DNA from: a bacterium
GTDB taxonomy: Bacteria > Patescibacteriota > CPR2_A > CG2-30-33-46
Reading direction: 5' to 3'
DNA length: 24,000 bases
NCBI GenBank assembly: GCA_037442065.1
Contig: JBBIQZ010000001.1
Location: forward strand, 15,943 to 39,942
A model generated the notes under the pieces. It worked only from the letters and a program-made list of their open reading frames with translations, did not search any database and was not told the origin of the DNA. Shown here in pieces: positions 8,136-17,202 of the stretch (position 1 is its first letter; each line of letters begins with the position of its first letter). The position numbers were made by a program, and so were the translations under genes.

Positions 8136-8194
8136 TAAATACAGTAAGCTGTAAAGCTAAACAGAAAGAAATAAAGCTTAAAAAGGAGGTTTAG

Positions 8195-8425
8195 TTGCAG
8201 GAAGTAGTAAAGAAAGAACACGAATCTTTCGAAAATTTATTCAGACGTTTTAATAGAAGAGTTCAGCAGAGCGGTAAGCTGTCCCTTGCTAAACGTAACC
8301 AATTTTTTGAAAAGCCCTTAAGCAAATCAAAAAGAAGAGAAGAAGCCTTAAGGAAATCAAAAATTAAAAATATTAGAAAAACAAGGCAAGGAAGACGATA
8401 TGAAAGTTCTAGAAAAGATAGATGA
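8195..8425 (+). CDS. rpsU: 30S ribosomal protein S21
   Basis: TTG start preceded by a strong SD aaggagg (8183-8189). S21-typical ESFENLFRRFNRRVQQSGKL...FFEKPLSKSKRREEA. The basic C-terminal extension overlaps the next gene by 26 nt. Confidence 0.85.
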   Translation: MQEVVKKEHESFENLFRRFNRRVQQSGKLSLAKRNQFFEKPLSKSKRREEALRKSKIKNIRKTRQGRRYESSRKDR

Positions 8426-8843
8426 GGATTTAAAAGGCGCTTTAAAAAATAAAGACGAAGTAACTTTATCTACTCTCCGTCTTTTAAAAGCGGTTTTTAA
8501 GAATAAAGAAATAGAACAGCGAGAAGAGCTTAAAGAAGAGCAAGTTTTGGATATAATTTTAAAGGAAATCAAAAAAAGAAAAGAGTCTTTTAGAATCTAT
8601 AAAGATGCTGGTAGGGAAGAGCTGGCGGATAAAGAGAAAAGAGAATTAGAAATTTTACAAAAATATGCTCCTCAAGAAATGCCGGAGGAGGAGTTAGACA
8701 GGGTAATAAAGGAAGAAATTTCCGTCCTAGAAGACCCCGGGTTAAAAGACATAGGGAAAGTTATGTCAAAAGTAATGCCCAAGGTTAAAGGAAGGGTAGA
8801 CGGGAGCGTGGTTTCAAAAAAAGTGGCCGAATTGTTAAAATAG
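8400..8843 (+). CDS. yqeY: GatB/YqeY domain protein
   Basis: Family-typical L..A.K.KD...LSTLRLLKA..KN.EIE, ILKEIKKRKES...Y..AGREELA..E..E...L..Y.P, and KDIGKVM..VMPKVKGR.DG..V. The rpsU-yqeY pairing is as in Firmicutes. Confidence 0.8.
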   Translation: MKVLEKIDEDLKGALKNKDEVTLSTLRLLKAVFKNKEIEQREELKEEQVLDIILKEIKKRKESFRIYKDAGREELADKEKRELEILQKYAPQEMPEEELDRVIKEEISVLEDPGLKDIGKVMSKVMPKVKGRVDGSVVSKKVAELLK

Positions 8844-8849
8844 GTCATC

Positions 8850-10901
8850 ATGGAAAAAGAAAAGAGAAACTCTTATTTTAAAAAGCTGTCCAGTTTTTTT
8901 GCTGTGGCTTTACTTTTATTACTACTTGCCAATCTTTTGGCTATTTCTAATATTTTTATTCCTAAAGAAGAGGTTAGAGCTGGTACCGTGGCCGAAAAGA
9001 CAATAAAATCACCTAAAAACATTTATTTTAAAAGCAAAATCAAAACCAAAGAAGCACAAGACAGAGCGGCCGCAAAAGTTGAGAAAGTTTACAAATTTGA
9101 TTCTGATATTTTAAATCAGCAAAAAAACAAAGCTTTAGAATACTTTAAGAAAATAGATGAAGCAAAAAGTAGTAGTAATCCCGATAAGGAAGGATTGATT
9201 ACAAATATTGCCAACTTAGATTTATCCACAGAGTCGGTTTCTTATATCGCTAATCTAAAAGATGAGGATTGGCAAAGTTATAAAACAAAATTCTTAAACC
9301 TGTTAGATGAATTGGAAGGAAAAGAAAGAATCAAAAATGACGAAAAGATTCCGCAGGATTTACTTGAAGGAGAAATCTCTAAATTTTTTTCTGCCTTAGA
9401 CTATTTGTCTGCCGCTGAATTAGCCAACGCTTTTGTCATTCCTAATTATATTTTTTCCAAAGAAGAAACCGACAAGGCAGTTGAGGCGGTAAAGGCTGAT
9501 GTAGAGCCGGTTTCTCTTCTTTTAGCTCAAGATGAAGTGATTGTTAGACAAGGAGAAATCATAAACGATTTATCGCTAGAAAAGCTGGAAGCAGCAGGAC
9601 TTAAGAAAGCAAGCCTTTTTGACCCTAAAACAATCGGAACGATTATTATTTCTACGATATTAGCTTTTCTTATCATTTTTTATTTCTGGTATTTTTATAA
9701 TTATTCCGGTTCGTCAAGTATTTCTTCCCTGAAAGCATTATCAATTTTTACTGTTTTTTTTCTAGTTACTATTTTAGCTTTTCAGATTTTAACTCCTCTA
9801 AAACCAATAATGGCTTACATTATTCCGGTTGCCGCTCCAGTAATGCTTTTGTCTATCTTGGTTTCTTCTGAAGTAGCCATATTCTCGGCGATAATTTTTT
9901 CTGTTTTTTTAGGGATTATTTCAACTAGTTCTTTAGAGCTTTCGGTAATATATTTAGTTACTTCATTGGTGGGTATTTATCTTTTAAAAAATGTTAAAAA
10001 AATTGAAGATATTTTTCGGGCTGGTTTTTTTCTGGCATTTTTTAATTTTTCAACTGCTGTTTCTTTCCAGCTTTTAACCGGAAGTATTTCTTTAAGGACA
10101 ATTTCGGTTCTATTAGGGGCGGCATCTATTTATGGCTTGGGAGCGGTTGTTTTAATTATAGGGACTCTTCTTTTTTGGGGTAATCTTTTTAAAGTTACAA
10201 CCATCTTGGAACTTTTAGAATTAGAAAATCCAAGCCAAGATCTTCTAAAAGAACTTTCCTTAAAAGCCCCCGGAACTTATCATCACAGCATCTTGGTTTC
10301 TAACCTTGCCGAGAGAGCGGCGGGTGACATAAAAGCGGATTCTCTTTTAGTAAGAGTAGGAGCTCTTTATCATGATATAGGAAAGACTTTAAATCCTTTA
10401 TATTTTATAGAAAATCAAAAACGTTTTGATATCCATAAAAAATTAAAAGACCCCCAAAAAAGCGCCGAAATTATCAAAGCGCATGTTAAGGATGGCTATG
10501 ATTTGGGAAAAAAGAAAAATTTGCCAAGAGAAATTTTACACTTTATAGAAAGCCATCATGGGACTTCTGAAGTTTTCTATTTTCTCTCAAAGGCAAAGGA
10601 AGCCAAAATAAAAATTGATCTTTCAAAGTTTTCTTATGACGGTCCATTGCCCCAAACAAAAGAGGCGGCAATCTTAATGCTTGCAGATTCTATTGAAGCA
10701 AAGGTAAGGGCCAGCGAAGAACTAAGCGAAAAAAACATTGAAGAAATGATTTCAGGAATAATTGACTTAAAACTAAAAAGTAATCAGTTAAGCGATTCAG
10801 ATTTATCATTAAAGGATCTTAAGACTTTAAAGCAGTCGTTTATCAATACTTTAAAATCAATGTATCACAAGAGAATAGAATACCCAGATGAAAAATCATA
10901 A
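8850..10901 (+). CDS. 7TM-receptor HD-domain phosphohydrolase (PgpH/YqfF-like)
   Basis: N-terminal anchor plus an extracytoplasmic domain, a block of about seven hydrophobic helices (aa ~260-450), and a C-terminal HD domain (YHHSILVSNLAE...GALYHDIGK...ESHHG). Confidence 0.85.
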   Translation: MEKEKRNSYFKKLSSFFAVALLLLLLANLLAISNIFIPKEEVRAGTVAEKTIKSPKNIYFKSKIKTKEAQDRAAAKVEKVYKFDSDILNQQKNKALEYFKKIDEAKSSSNPDKEGLITNIANLDLSTESVSYIANLKDEDWQSYKTKFLNLLDELEGKERIKNDEKIPQDLLEGEISKFFSALDYLSAAELANAFVIPNYIFSKEETDKAVEAVKADVEPVSLLLAQDEVIVRQGEIINDLSLEKLEAAGLKKASLFDPKTIGTIIISTILAFLIIFYFWYFYNYSGSSSISSLKALSIFTVFFLVTILAFQILTPLKPIMAYIIPVAAPVMLLSILVSSEVAIFSAIIFSVFLGIISTSSLELSVIYLVTSLVGIYLLKNVKKIEDIFRAGFFLAFFNFSTAVSFQLLTGSISLRTISVLLGAASIYGLGAVVLIIGTLLFWGNLFKVTTILELLELENPSQDLLKELSLKAPGTYHHSILVSNLAERAAGDIKADSLLVRVGALYHDIGKTLNPLYFIENQKRFDIHKKLKDPQKSAEIIKAHVKDGYDLGKKKNLPREILHFIESHHGTSEVFYFLSKAKEAKIKIDLSKFSYDGPLPQTKEAAILMLADSIEAKVRASEELSEKNIEEMISGIIDLKLKSNQLSDSDLSLKDLKTLKQSFINTLKSMYHKRIEYPDEKS

Positions 10902-11307
10902 AATAAATATAATATTTTTTGATAAAATCAAAACCAACAAAGAACTGCTTTTTAAAATCATAAAAAGATTAATAGAAGAAAAAAATATAAAGCAAAAAGT
11001 TTCTGTTTCTTTAGTCTTAGTAAACAGCAAAACTATAAAGGAACTTAATAAAATTTTTAGGAAAAAAAATAAAGTTACTTCTGTATTATCTTTTCCGTTA
11101 TTGGCTAGGCAGAAGTTTATAACCGGTAGCAAAGAAATGTCACTTGGTGATATAATTATAAACATTGAAAATTTAAAGAAGGAAAAAGAGTTTAAAAAAA
11201 AGTTAAAGGAAAATATTACTCATTCCTTCCTACATTTATTAAAATTTTCCCATAAAGATATGGAAAAAGAAGAAAAAAAATTAATAGAGGCTTTAAGTGA
11301 TATTTAA
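10888..11307 (+). CDS. ybeY: rRNA maturation endoribonuclease YbeY (divergent)
   Basis: H-x3-H-x5-H zinc motif (HSFLHLLKFSH), an upstream LGDIIIN segment, and position between the 7TM-HD gene and dgkA as in the Firmicutes yqfF-ybeY-dgkA cluster. It overlaps the upstream gene by 14 nt. Confidence 0.72.
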   Translation: MKNHKINIIFFDKIKTNKELLFKIIKRLIEEKNIKQKVSVSLVLVNSKTIKELNKIFRKKNKVTSVLSFPLLARQKFITGSKEMSLGDIIINIENLKKEKEFKKKLKENITHSFLHLLKFSHKDMEKEEKKLIEALSDI

Positions 11308-11659
11308 AAAAATAAAAAATAGTTTTAAGTATGCTTGGACTGGCTTTATATTTTTTATCAAAGAAAGGAATATTAAAATTCATCTTTTAGTAGCTTTGCT
11401 GGTTATTATCTTAGGAATAGTATTAAGTATTAATACTTTAGAATGGGCATTGATAACCATTTCTATAATGGTTGTTATTAGTTTAGAAATAATAAACACG
11501 GTTATTGAAAATATTTTTGATTTATTTCATCCAGAGAAAGACGGTCGGATCATGATTATTAAAGATTTAGCAGCCGCAGCAGTTTTTGTTTCCGCTATCG
11601 GGGCAGTAATCATCGGTTTAATTATCTTCTTGCCTTTAATCTTTCAAAGGTTGCAGTAA
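11297..11659 (+). CDS. dgkA: Prokaryotic diacylglycerol/undecaprenol kinase family protein
   Basis: GTG start overlapping the end of ybeY. Three predicted TM helices. DAGK_prokar signature SLEIINTVIEN..D and DLAAAAV. Confidence 0.8.
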   Translation: MIFKKIKNSFKYAWTGFIFFIKERNIKIHLLVALLVIILGIVLSINTLEWALITISIMVVISLEIINTVIENIFDLFHPEKDGRIMIIKDLAAAAVFVSAIGAVIIGLIIFLPLIFQRLQ

Positions 11660-11679
11660 AGACATTTTGTTTTTATAAT
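11651..11679 (+). promoter_or_regulatory. Sigma70-like promoter for ftsA
   Basis: ttgcag (11651-11656), a 17-nt spacer, then tataat (11674-11679). The SD aaggag (11697-11702) lies before the TTG start at 11709. Confidence 0.55.
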
Positions 11680-11708
11680 AGATTTAAATTGAGATTTAAG
11701 GAGTTAAT

Positions 11709-12950
11709 TTGGGGCAATCTAATTTCGTTGTAGGCTTAGATATTGGTACTACCAAAGTTTGTACGGTGGTAGCTAAGAAAAATAATAATAATCCTAAAAT
11801 AGATATTGTTGGTGTTGGTACGGCACCAACAAAAGGACTTAGGCGAGGAGTTGTTATTGATGTTGAAGAAACTGTCACCAGCATAAGCGCAGCTTTAGAA
11901 AAAGCCGAAAGAATGGCTGGTACCACAATTGATCATACTTATATTTCTGTCGGCGGACCTCACATAGAATCCTTAGATAACAAAGGTGTTGTGGCTATTG
12001 CTGGTAGGGAAGGAGAAATTACTTTAGAAGACGAAGAAAGAACAGTTGAAGCCGCTTCGGCAATTTCTTTATCTCCCAATAAAGAGATACTCCATGTGGT
12101 TCCTCAAACTTTCACAGTTGATGATCAAGAGGGGATTAAAGATCCCGTTGGTATGATGGGTTCAAGGCTTGAAGTTTCAACTCACATTATCCAAGGATCG
12201 ACTCCAATAATCCGTAATTTAAATAAATGTGTTGATCAAGCAGGAATAGATGTTTTAGGAATGGTAGCTGTTCCTATTGCCTGCAGTATGTCTGTTTTGT
12301 CAAAAAGACAAAAAGAGCTAGGATGCGCTCTAATTGATTTAGGCGGCGGAACAACGAGCATAGCTGTTTTTGAAGAGGGCAATATAATAGGAAGTAAAGT
12401 ATTACCAGTGGGAGCAAATCATATAACCAACGATATTGCTATAGGGCTTAGAACCTCTGTTGATATAGCCGAACGGGTAAAAATAGAACACGGCGTTGCT
12501 TTAAAAAAAGATATTGATAAGAAGGACGAAATAGATCTTTCTGGTTTTTCTAAAATAGAGGATAGTACAGTTAAAAGGATTGATGTGGTGGAAATTATTG
12601 AGGCAAGGCTTTCCGAAATTTTTTCTCTTGTTCGAAAAGAATTAAACAAAATCAAAAAGGGAAGCCTATTACCAGGAGGAGTTATCTTAACCGGTGGCGG
12701 AGCTAAACTTCCGGCAATTGTTGATTTTGCAAAAAATGAATTAAACTTGCCGGCCCAAATAGGTTTTCCCAGAGATATACAGGGGATTGTTGATAGGGTA
12801 GATGATCCTTCTTTCGCTACTCCTTTAGGACTTGTTATGTGGGCGTTTGAACAAGGGCAAGAAGATAAAACAATGTTTAAAAATATTAAAGATATTCCTT
12901 TAGAGGGAGCAAAGTTTATTAAGAAATTGTTTAAGAATTTTCTACCCTAA
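11709..12950 (+). CDS. ftsA: Cell division protein FtsA
   Basis: Actin-fold phosphate loops GLDIGTTKV and DLGGGTT, then LTGGGAKLP, and a C-terminal amphipathic tail KFIKKLFKNFLP. It lies directly upstream of ftsZ. Confidence 0.92.
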   Translation: MGQSNFVVGLDIGTTKVCTVVAKKNNNNPKIDIVGVGTAPTKGLRRGVVIDVEETVTSISAALEKAERMAGTTIDHTYISVGGPHIESLDNKGVVAIAGREGEITLEDEERTVEAASAISLSPNKEILHVVPQTFTVDDQEGIKDPVGMMGSRLEVSTHIIQGSTPIIRNLNKCVDQAGIDVLGMVAVPIACSMSVLSKRQKELGCALIDLGGGTTSIAVFEEGNIIGSKVLPVGANHITNDIAIGLRTSVDIAERVKIEHGVALKKDIDKKDEIDLSGFSKIEDSTVKRIDVVEIIEARLSEIFSLVRKELNKIKKGSLLPGGVILTGGGAKLPAIVDFAKNELNLPAQIGFPRDIQGIVDRVDDPSFATPLGLVMWAFEQGQEDKTMFKNIKDIPLEGAKFIKKLFKNFLP

Positions 12951-12992
12951 AGAAACGAAATTATCTAAAATAGCTGGTAAACAAAAAAGGGC

Positions 12993-13020
12993 TTGCCAAC
13001 TATTTTTTTTATGCTATACT
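12993..13020 (+). promoter_or_regulatory. Sigma70-like promoter for ftsZ
   Basis: ttgcca (12993-12998), a 16-nt spacer, then tatact (13015-13020). The SD aggagg lies about 8 nt before the ATG at 13138. Confidence 0.5.
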
Positions 13021-13137
13021 TTTCTATAAAGAGGTTTGAACAAGAATTTATTCCAAAGTTTTAAGGAAAATTTTTACTAATAAATTACTGAACAAATTAG
13101 TTGTTCATAAGTTTTTAGGCAAGTAGGAGGTAAACAA

Positions 13138-14313
13138 ATGGAAGTAAAACCAGATATCGAAACCTTTGCAAGGATCAAGGTTGTTGGTGTCGGCGGCGGT
13201 GGAACAATGGCAGTTAACAGAATGATTAATTCAAAATTAAAGGGGGTAGAATTTATTTGTGTAAACACCGATGCTCAATCTTTACATTTTTCTGAAGCCC
13301 CCCAAAAAATTCATATTGGTAAAGAAATAACCCGCGGATTAGGAGCTGGTTCTGATCCGGAAATCGGGAAAAAGTCAGCAGAAGAAAGTAAGGAAGAAAT
13401 TGTCGAAGCCCTTTCCGGTGCTGACATGGTATTTATAACTTATGGTCTAGGTGGTGGAACAGGTACCGGAGCTGGTCCTGTAGTTGCCGAGGCCGCAAAG
13501 AGTGCCGGCGCCCTAACGGTTGCCGTTGTTACTAAACCCTTTGGTTTTGAAGGACAAAAAAGAAAAATAGTAGCCGACTCGGGGTTAGTTGATTTAAGGG
13601 AAAAGGTAGATACTTTAATAACTATTCCCAATGATAGAGTTTTACAAATTGTTGATAAAAAAACTTCCATGCTAGACGCTTTTAAAATAGTAGATGATGT
13701 TTTGCGTCAAGGCGTGCAGGGGATAGCCGATTTAATTACAATGCATGGAATGGTTAATGTAGACTTTGCCGACGTGAAAACAATAATGGCAGAAGCCGGA
13801 TCTGCTTTGATGGGTATCGGCGTAGCCTCTGGTGATAACAGGGCCGCTGAGGCCGCAAAAGCCGCAATAGACAGCCCGCTTTTGGATCTTTCTATCGATG
13901 GCGCCAAAGGAGTTTTATTTAATGTAACTGGCGGTTACGATTTAGGAATGCATGAAATTGATGAAGCGGCTCATATCATAACCGAAGCAACCGATCCAGA
14001 AGTAAATATTATTTTCGGTGCCGTTATAGATGAAAGTATGCAAGGCGAAATAAAGATTACAGTTATTGCTACCGGTTTTGACAGCAAGCAATCCAAGAAA
14101 GATCAGGCAATGACAGACTTGCATTTAAATGAAGCCTTTGAAACAGAAACTCAACCATTTAAAAACGATGATTTATTAAAAGAAGATTCACGGCCAGTAA
14201 AAAGAGTAAGTTTAGATTCAGAAAAGGATACAAAGGAGCCCGAAGGTCTTTCCTCTCAAGAAGATGATGAATTTGATGTCCCGGCATTTATCAGAAGAAA
14301 GCTTAAAAAATAA
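13138..14313 (+). CDS. ftsZ: Cell division GTPase FtsZ
   Basis: [13 protein letters not shown], tubulin signature [19 protein letters not shown], and the conserved C-terminal peptide DVPAFIRRK. Confidence 0.96.
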   Translation: MEVKPDIETFARIKVVGVGGGGTMAVNRMINSKLKGVEFICVNTDAQSLHFSEAPQKIHIGKEITRGLGAGSDPEIGKKSAEESKEEIVEALSGADMVFITYGLGGGTGTGAGPVVAEAAKSAGALTVAVVTKPFGFEGQKRKIVADSGLVDLREKVDTLITIPNDRVLQIVDKKTSMLDAFKIVDDVLRQGVQGIADLITMHGMVNVDFADVKTIMAEAGSALMGIGVASGDNRAAEAAKAAIDSPLLDLSIDGAKGVLFNVTGGYDLGMHEIDEAAHIITEATDPEVNIIFGAVIDESMQGEIKITVIATGFDSKQSKKDQAMTDLHLNEAFETETQPFKNDDLLKEDSRPVKRVSLDSEKDTKEPEGLSSQEDDEFDVPAFIRRKLKK

Positions 14314-14328
14314 ATTGATAGATTTTTA

Positions 14329-14359
14329 AAATGAGGGTCTTGCGACCTTCATTTTTTTT
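14329..14359 (+). terminator. Rho-independent terminator after ftsZ
   Basis: Stem aaatgagggtc / gaccttcattt (one G:U pair), loop ttgc, followed by a long T run. Confidence 0.8.
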
Positions 14360-14397
14360 GTGGTACTTTAAGAATATCATTTTAAAAAGGAAAAATT

Positions 14398-15471
14398 ATG
14401 CATAAAAAGCTTTTTATTCCCGGGCCAACGGAAGTTAGGGAAGATGTTTTAAAAGAAATGGTTCATCCTATAATTGGTCATCGGTCCGAAGAGTTTAAAA
14501 ATCTTCATAACCAAACGGTTTTAAAATTACAAAAACTTTTAGAAACCGAAAACCCCGTTTTTCTATCGGGTTCTTCTGCTTTAGGGGTTATGGAGGGTTG
14601 TGCCAGGAATACGGTAAGGGAAGGTAAGAAAGCTTTAAATTTGGTAAACGGCGCTTTTTCGGAAAAGTGGTCTAAGATTTTTAAATCCAATGGCAAAGAA
14701 TCTCAAGTCATAGAAGTAGAATGGGGAAAAGCTATAAAACCGGAAATGGTAAAAGAAGCCTTAGAAAAAGATTCTTATGATGCGGTTTGTTTGACTCATA
14801 ATGAAACTTCCACCGGAGTTTTAAGTCCCTTAGAAGAAATTGCTAAGGTTGTAAAAGAATATCCTGACACTTTATTTTTAGTTGATGCAGTTTCTTCCAT
14901 GGCAGGTACTCCTATTAAAGTAGACGAGTGGGGAATAGATGTTGTGTTAGCCAGTGTTCAAAAAGCTTTAGCGACCCCCCCGGGTTTGGCAGTATTTTCA
15001 GCAAGCGAGAAGGCTTTAAAAAGAGCGGAGGAGGTTAAAGATCGGGGAACTTATTTTGATTTTCTTCAATTTTTAAAATATTTTGAAAAGGGGCAAACTA
15101 TTTCCACCGGACCAATTTCTCAAATTTTTGCTTTATCAAAAGAGCTGGATGTTATTTTTAAAGAAGGTTTAGAGAACCGATTTAAAAGGCATTTAGAAAT
15201 GGCTAAAATGGTAAAGGAGTGGGCCAATAAAAATTTTGTCGATTTTGCCGAAAGCGGTTTTTCGTCTCCAACTTTAACAACTATAAAAAATACTAAAAAT
15301 ATAGACATTAAAAACTTAAACGAAGAACTTTCTAAAAGAGGAAAAGTAATTTCTAACGGTTATGGAAAATTAAAAGATACAACTTTTAGAATTTCTCATA
15401 TGGGAGAAATTTATCCCGAAGACATAAAAGGCTTACTGGAAGACCTAGACAAGATTTTAAATTTAAATTAA
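14398..15471 (+). CDS. Class V PLP aminotransferase (serine-pyruvate/phosphoserine aminotransferase-like)
   Basis: FIPGPTEV N-terminus, THNETSTGV, LFLVDAVSS, and the PLP-lysine context ASVQKAL.TPPGL. Adjacency to a serA-like gene suggests a role in the phosphoserine pathway; that functional link is an inference. Confidence 0.78.
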   Translation: MHKKLFIPGPTEVREDVLKEMVHPIIGHRSEEFKNLHNQTVLKLQKLLETENPVFLSGSSALGVMEGCARNTVREGKKALNLVNGAFSEKWSKIFKSNGKESQVIEVEWGKAIKPEMVKEALEKDSYDAVCLTHNETSTGVLSPLEEIAKVVKEYPDTLFLVDAVSSMAGTPIKVDEWGIDVVLASVQKALATPPGLAVFSASEKALKRAEEVKDRGTYFDFLQFLKYFEKGQTISTGPISQIFALSKELDVIFKEGLENRFKRHLEMAKMVKEWANKNFVDFAESGFSSPTLTTIKNTKNIDIKNLNEELSKRGKVISNGYGKLKDTTFRISHMGEIYPEDIKGLLEDLDKILNLN

Positions 15472-15480
15472 TATCTTATT

Positions 15481-16443
15481 ATGAAAATTTTAATAACAGA
15501 TAAAATATCACCAAAAGCAATTGAGATTTTAGAAAAGGAAGAAGGCATTGAATTTGAAGAGAAATTGGGTTTATCTAAAGAGGAGCTTCAAAATATTATT
15601 GAACCATTCAATGCTTTGATAATAAGAAGCTCGGTTAAAATAGATTCCGATGTTTTAGAAAGAGCTAAAAATTTAAAAGTTATCGGCCGGGCCGGAGTTG
15701 GGGTTGATAATGTTGATCTAGAAGCGGCAACAAAAAAAGGAATTTATGTTTTAAATACTCCTTTAGGAAATGTTAATTCTGCCGCCGAGCATACTATTGC
15801 TATGATTTTAAGCTTGTCTCGGCATATTCACGAAGCCCATCATTCTTTAAAGAGGGAAAGAAAATGGGACAGGAAATCATATGTCGGAACAGAGGTTAAA
15901 GGTAAAACTTTAGGAGTTGTTGGATTTGGGCATGTTGGAAGAATAGTTACCGAAATTGCCGCAAAAGGCTTAAAAATGAAAGTTTTGGTTTTTGATCCTT
16001 TTACTAAAGAAGATGATGTTAAGGAACTAGGGGGAGAGCTAACAGATTTTGATAATCTTATTAAAGTATCAGATTTTATAACCGTTCATACTCCATTAAC
16101 TCCAGAAACTAGAAATTTGATAGACGAAAAAGAATTTGAAAAAATGAAAGATGGCGTAAAAATTGTAAACGTTGCTAGAGGTGGAATTATAAACGAAACG
16201 GCATTGGTAAAAGCACTAGAAGACGGCAAGGTGGGTGGTGCGGCAATTGATGTTTGGGAAGAAGAACCGGCAACCGAACATGAACTTTTAGAATTACCTA
16301 ATGTTCTAGTAACTCCTCATTTAGGGGCATCAACAGTGGAAGCTTTAGAAAATGTAACCATTGATATTGCCAATCAAGTCATAGATGCTTTAAAAAATGA
16401 GGTTTATGAAAATGTGGTAAACAAAGCGCTTTTAAAAAAATAA
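15481..16443 (+). CDS. serA: D-3-phosphoglycerate dehydrogenase-like D-2-hydroxyacid dehydrogenase (no ACT domain)
   Basis: GRAGVGVDNVD, NAD-binding GVVGFGHVGR, ARGG..., and catalytic TPHLGAST.EA. At 320 aa it lacks a regulatory ACT domain. Confidence 0.8.
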   Translation: MKILITDKISPKAIEILEKEEGIEFEEKLGLSKEELQNIIEPFNALIIRSSVKIDSDVLERAKNLKVIGRAGVGVDNVDLEAATKKGIYVLNTPLGNVNSAAEHTIAMILSLSRHIHEAHHSLKRERKWDRKSYVGTEVKGKTLGVVGFGHVGRIVTEIAAKGLKMKVLVFDPFTKEDDVKELGGELTDFDNLIKVSDFITVHTPLTPETRNLIDEKEFEKMKDGVKIVNVARGGIINETALVKALEDGKVGGAAIDVWEEEPATEHELLELPNVLVTPHLGASTVEALENVTIDIANQVIDALKNEVYENVVNKALLKK

Positions 16444-16467
16444 TTTTTTAAAAATTTAATCTAAAGG

Positions 16468-16494
16468 AAATCGGCCGCAGTACGGCCGATTTTG
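16468..16494 (+). terminator. Rho-independent terminator after serA
   Basis: 10-bp stem aaatcggccg / cggccgattt, loop cagta, and a short T run. Confidence 0.7.
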
Positions 16495-16585
16495 TGATTG
16501 CACCTTAAATTAAAGGTTACTAAACTATCTGTTAAATTTTATAAGCTAGTTAAAAATAACCTCTGCAAAGCCATTTTTAGACTAC

Positions 16586-16614
16586 TTGACACTAATTTTT
16601 ATATACAATATATT
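16586..16614 (+). promoter_or_regulatory. Sigma70-like promoter of the nrd operon
   Basis: TTGACA (16586-16591), a 17-nt spacer, then tatatt (16609-16614). The -10 lies inside NrdR box 1. Confidence 0.55.
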
Positions 16615-16618
16615 GTAT
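16603..16618. promoter_or_regulatory. NrdR box 1
   Basis: atacaatatattgtat is a perfect 16-bp palindrome fitting the NrdR-box pattern (acaCwAtATaTwGtgt-like). Confidence 0.75.
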
Positions 16619-16635
16619 AATAACAATTAACTAAT

Positions 16636-16651
16636 ATACTATATATTGTGG
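16636..16651. promoter_or_regulatory. NrdR box 2
   Basis: atactatatattgtgg is identical to box 1 at 13 of 16 positions. Centre-to-centre distance is 33 bp, about three helical turns, as is usual for tandem NrdR boxes. Confidence 0.7.
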
Positions 16652-16732
16652 TAAAAAAGTTATTGACAGGTTATAGGCCAAGTATTATTTTATAAAAAAG
16701 GACTTGTTTTTGCCACGATTAAGGGGAAACAA

Positions 16733-17200
16733 ATGAAGTGTCCTAGTTGCCTTTCGGACAATACCAAAGTTATCGATTCTCGGGATGTAGACGATTTTCG
16801 AGCTATCCGAAGAAGAAGAGAATGCTTAAAATGTAAAAATCGTTTTACAACCTATGAAAGAGTGGAACTTCAAAATCTCTTAGTGATAAAGAAAGATGGC
16901 CGTAGAGAAAGTTACGACAGAAACAAGTTAGAAAATGGTATTTTAAAAGCTTGTGAAAAACGACCGATTTCTAAAGAGCAAATTGATAAGATGCTTTCAG
17001 GCATAGAAAGAAAGCTGCAATCTACCTGCGATACCGAAATTAAAAGCAAGCAAATTGGCGAATTGGCCATAAAAGCATTAAAAAAAGTTGACAAGGTAGC
17101 TTATATTCGTTTTGCATCCGTTTATAAATCGTTTGATGATTTAAAATCATTCGAAGAAGAATTAAAGGGGTTGAAAAAAAGGAAGTTAATAAAGAGGTAA
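16733..17200 (+). CDS. nrdR: Transcriptional repressor NrdR
   Basis: N-terminal zinc ribbon MKCPSC...CLKC..RFTTYER followed by an ATP-cone (VIKKDGRRESYDR.KL..G..KA...AYIRFASVYK.F). Confidence 0.94.
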   Translation: MKCPSCLSDNTKVIDSRDVDDFRAIRRRRECLKCKNRFTTYERVELQNLLVIKKDGRRESYDRNKLENGILKACEKRPISKEQIDKMLSGIERKLQSTCDTEIKSKQIGELAIKALKKVDKVAYIRFASVYKSFDDLKSFEEELKGLKKRKLIKR

Positions 17201-17202
17201 AA

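Noticed and set aside
8400-8425. 26-nt overlap of rpsU and yqeY, considered as a possible frameshift or mis-call.
   Set aside because: Both reading frames have family-typical termini. The S21 basic tail is variable in length, and the YqeY N-terminus MKVLEKIDEDLKGALK matches the family. An ordinary overlap of compact genes explains it.
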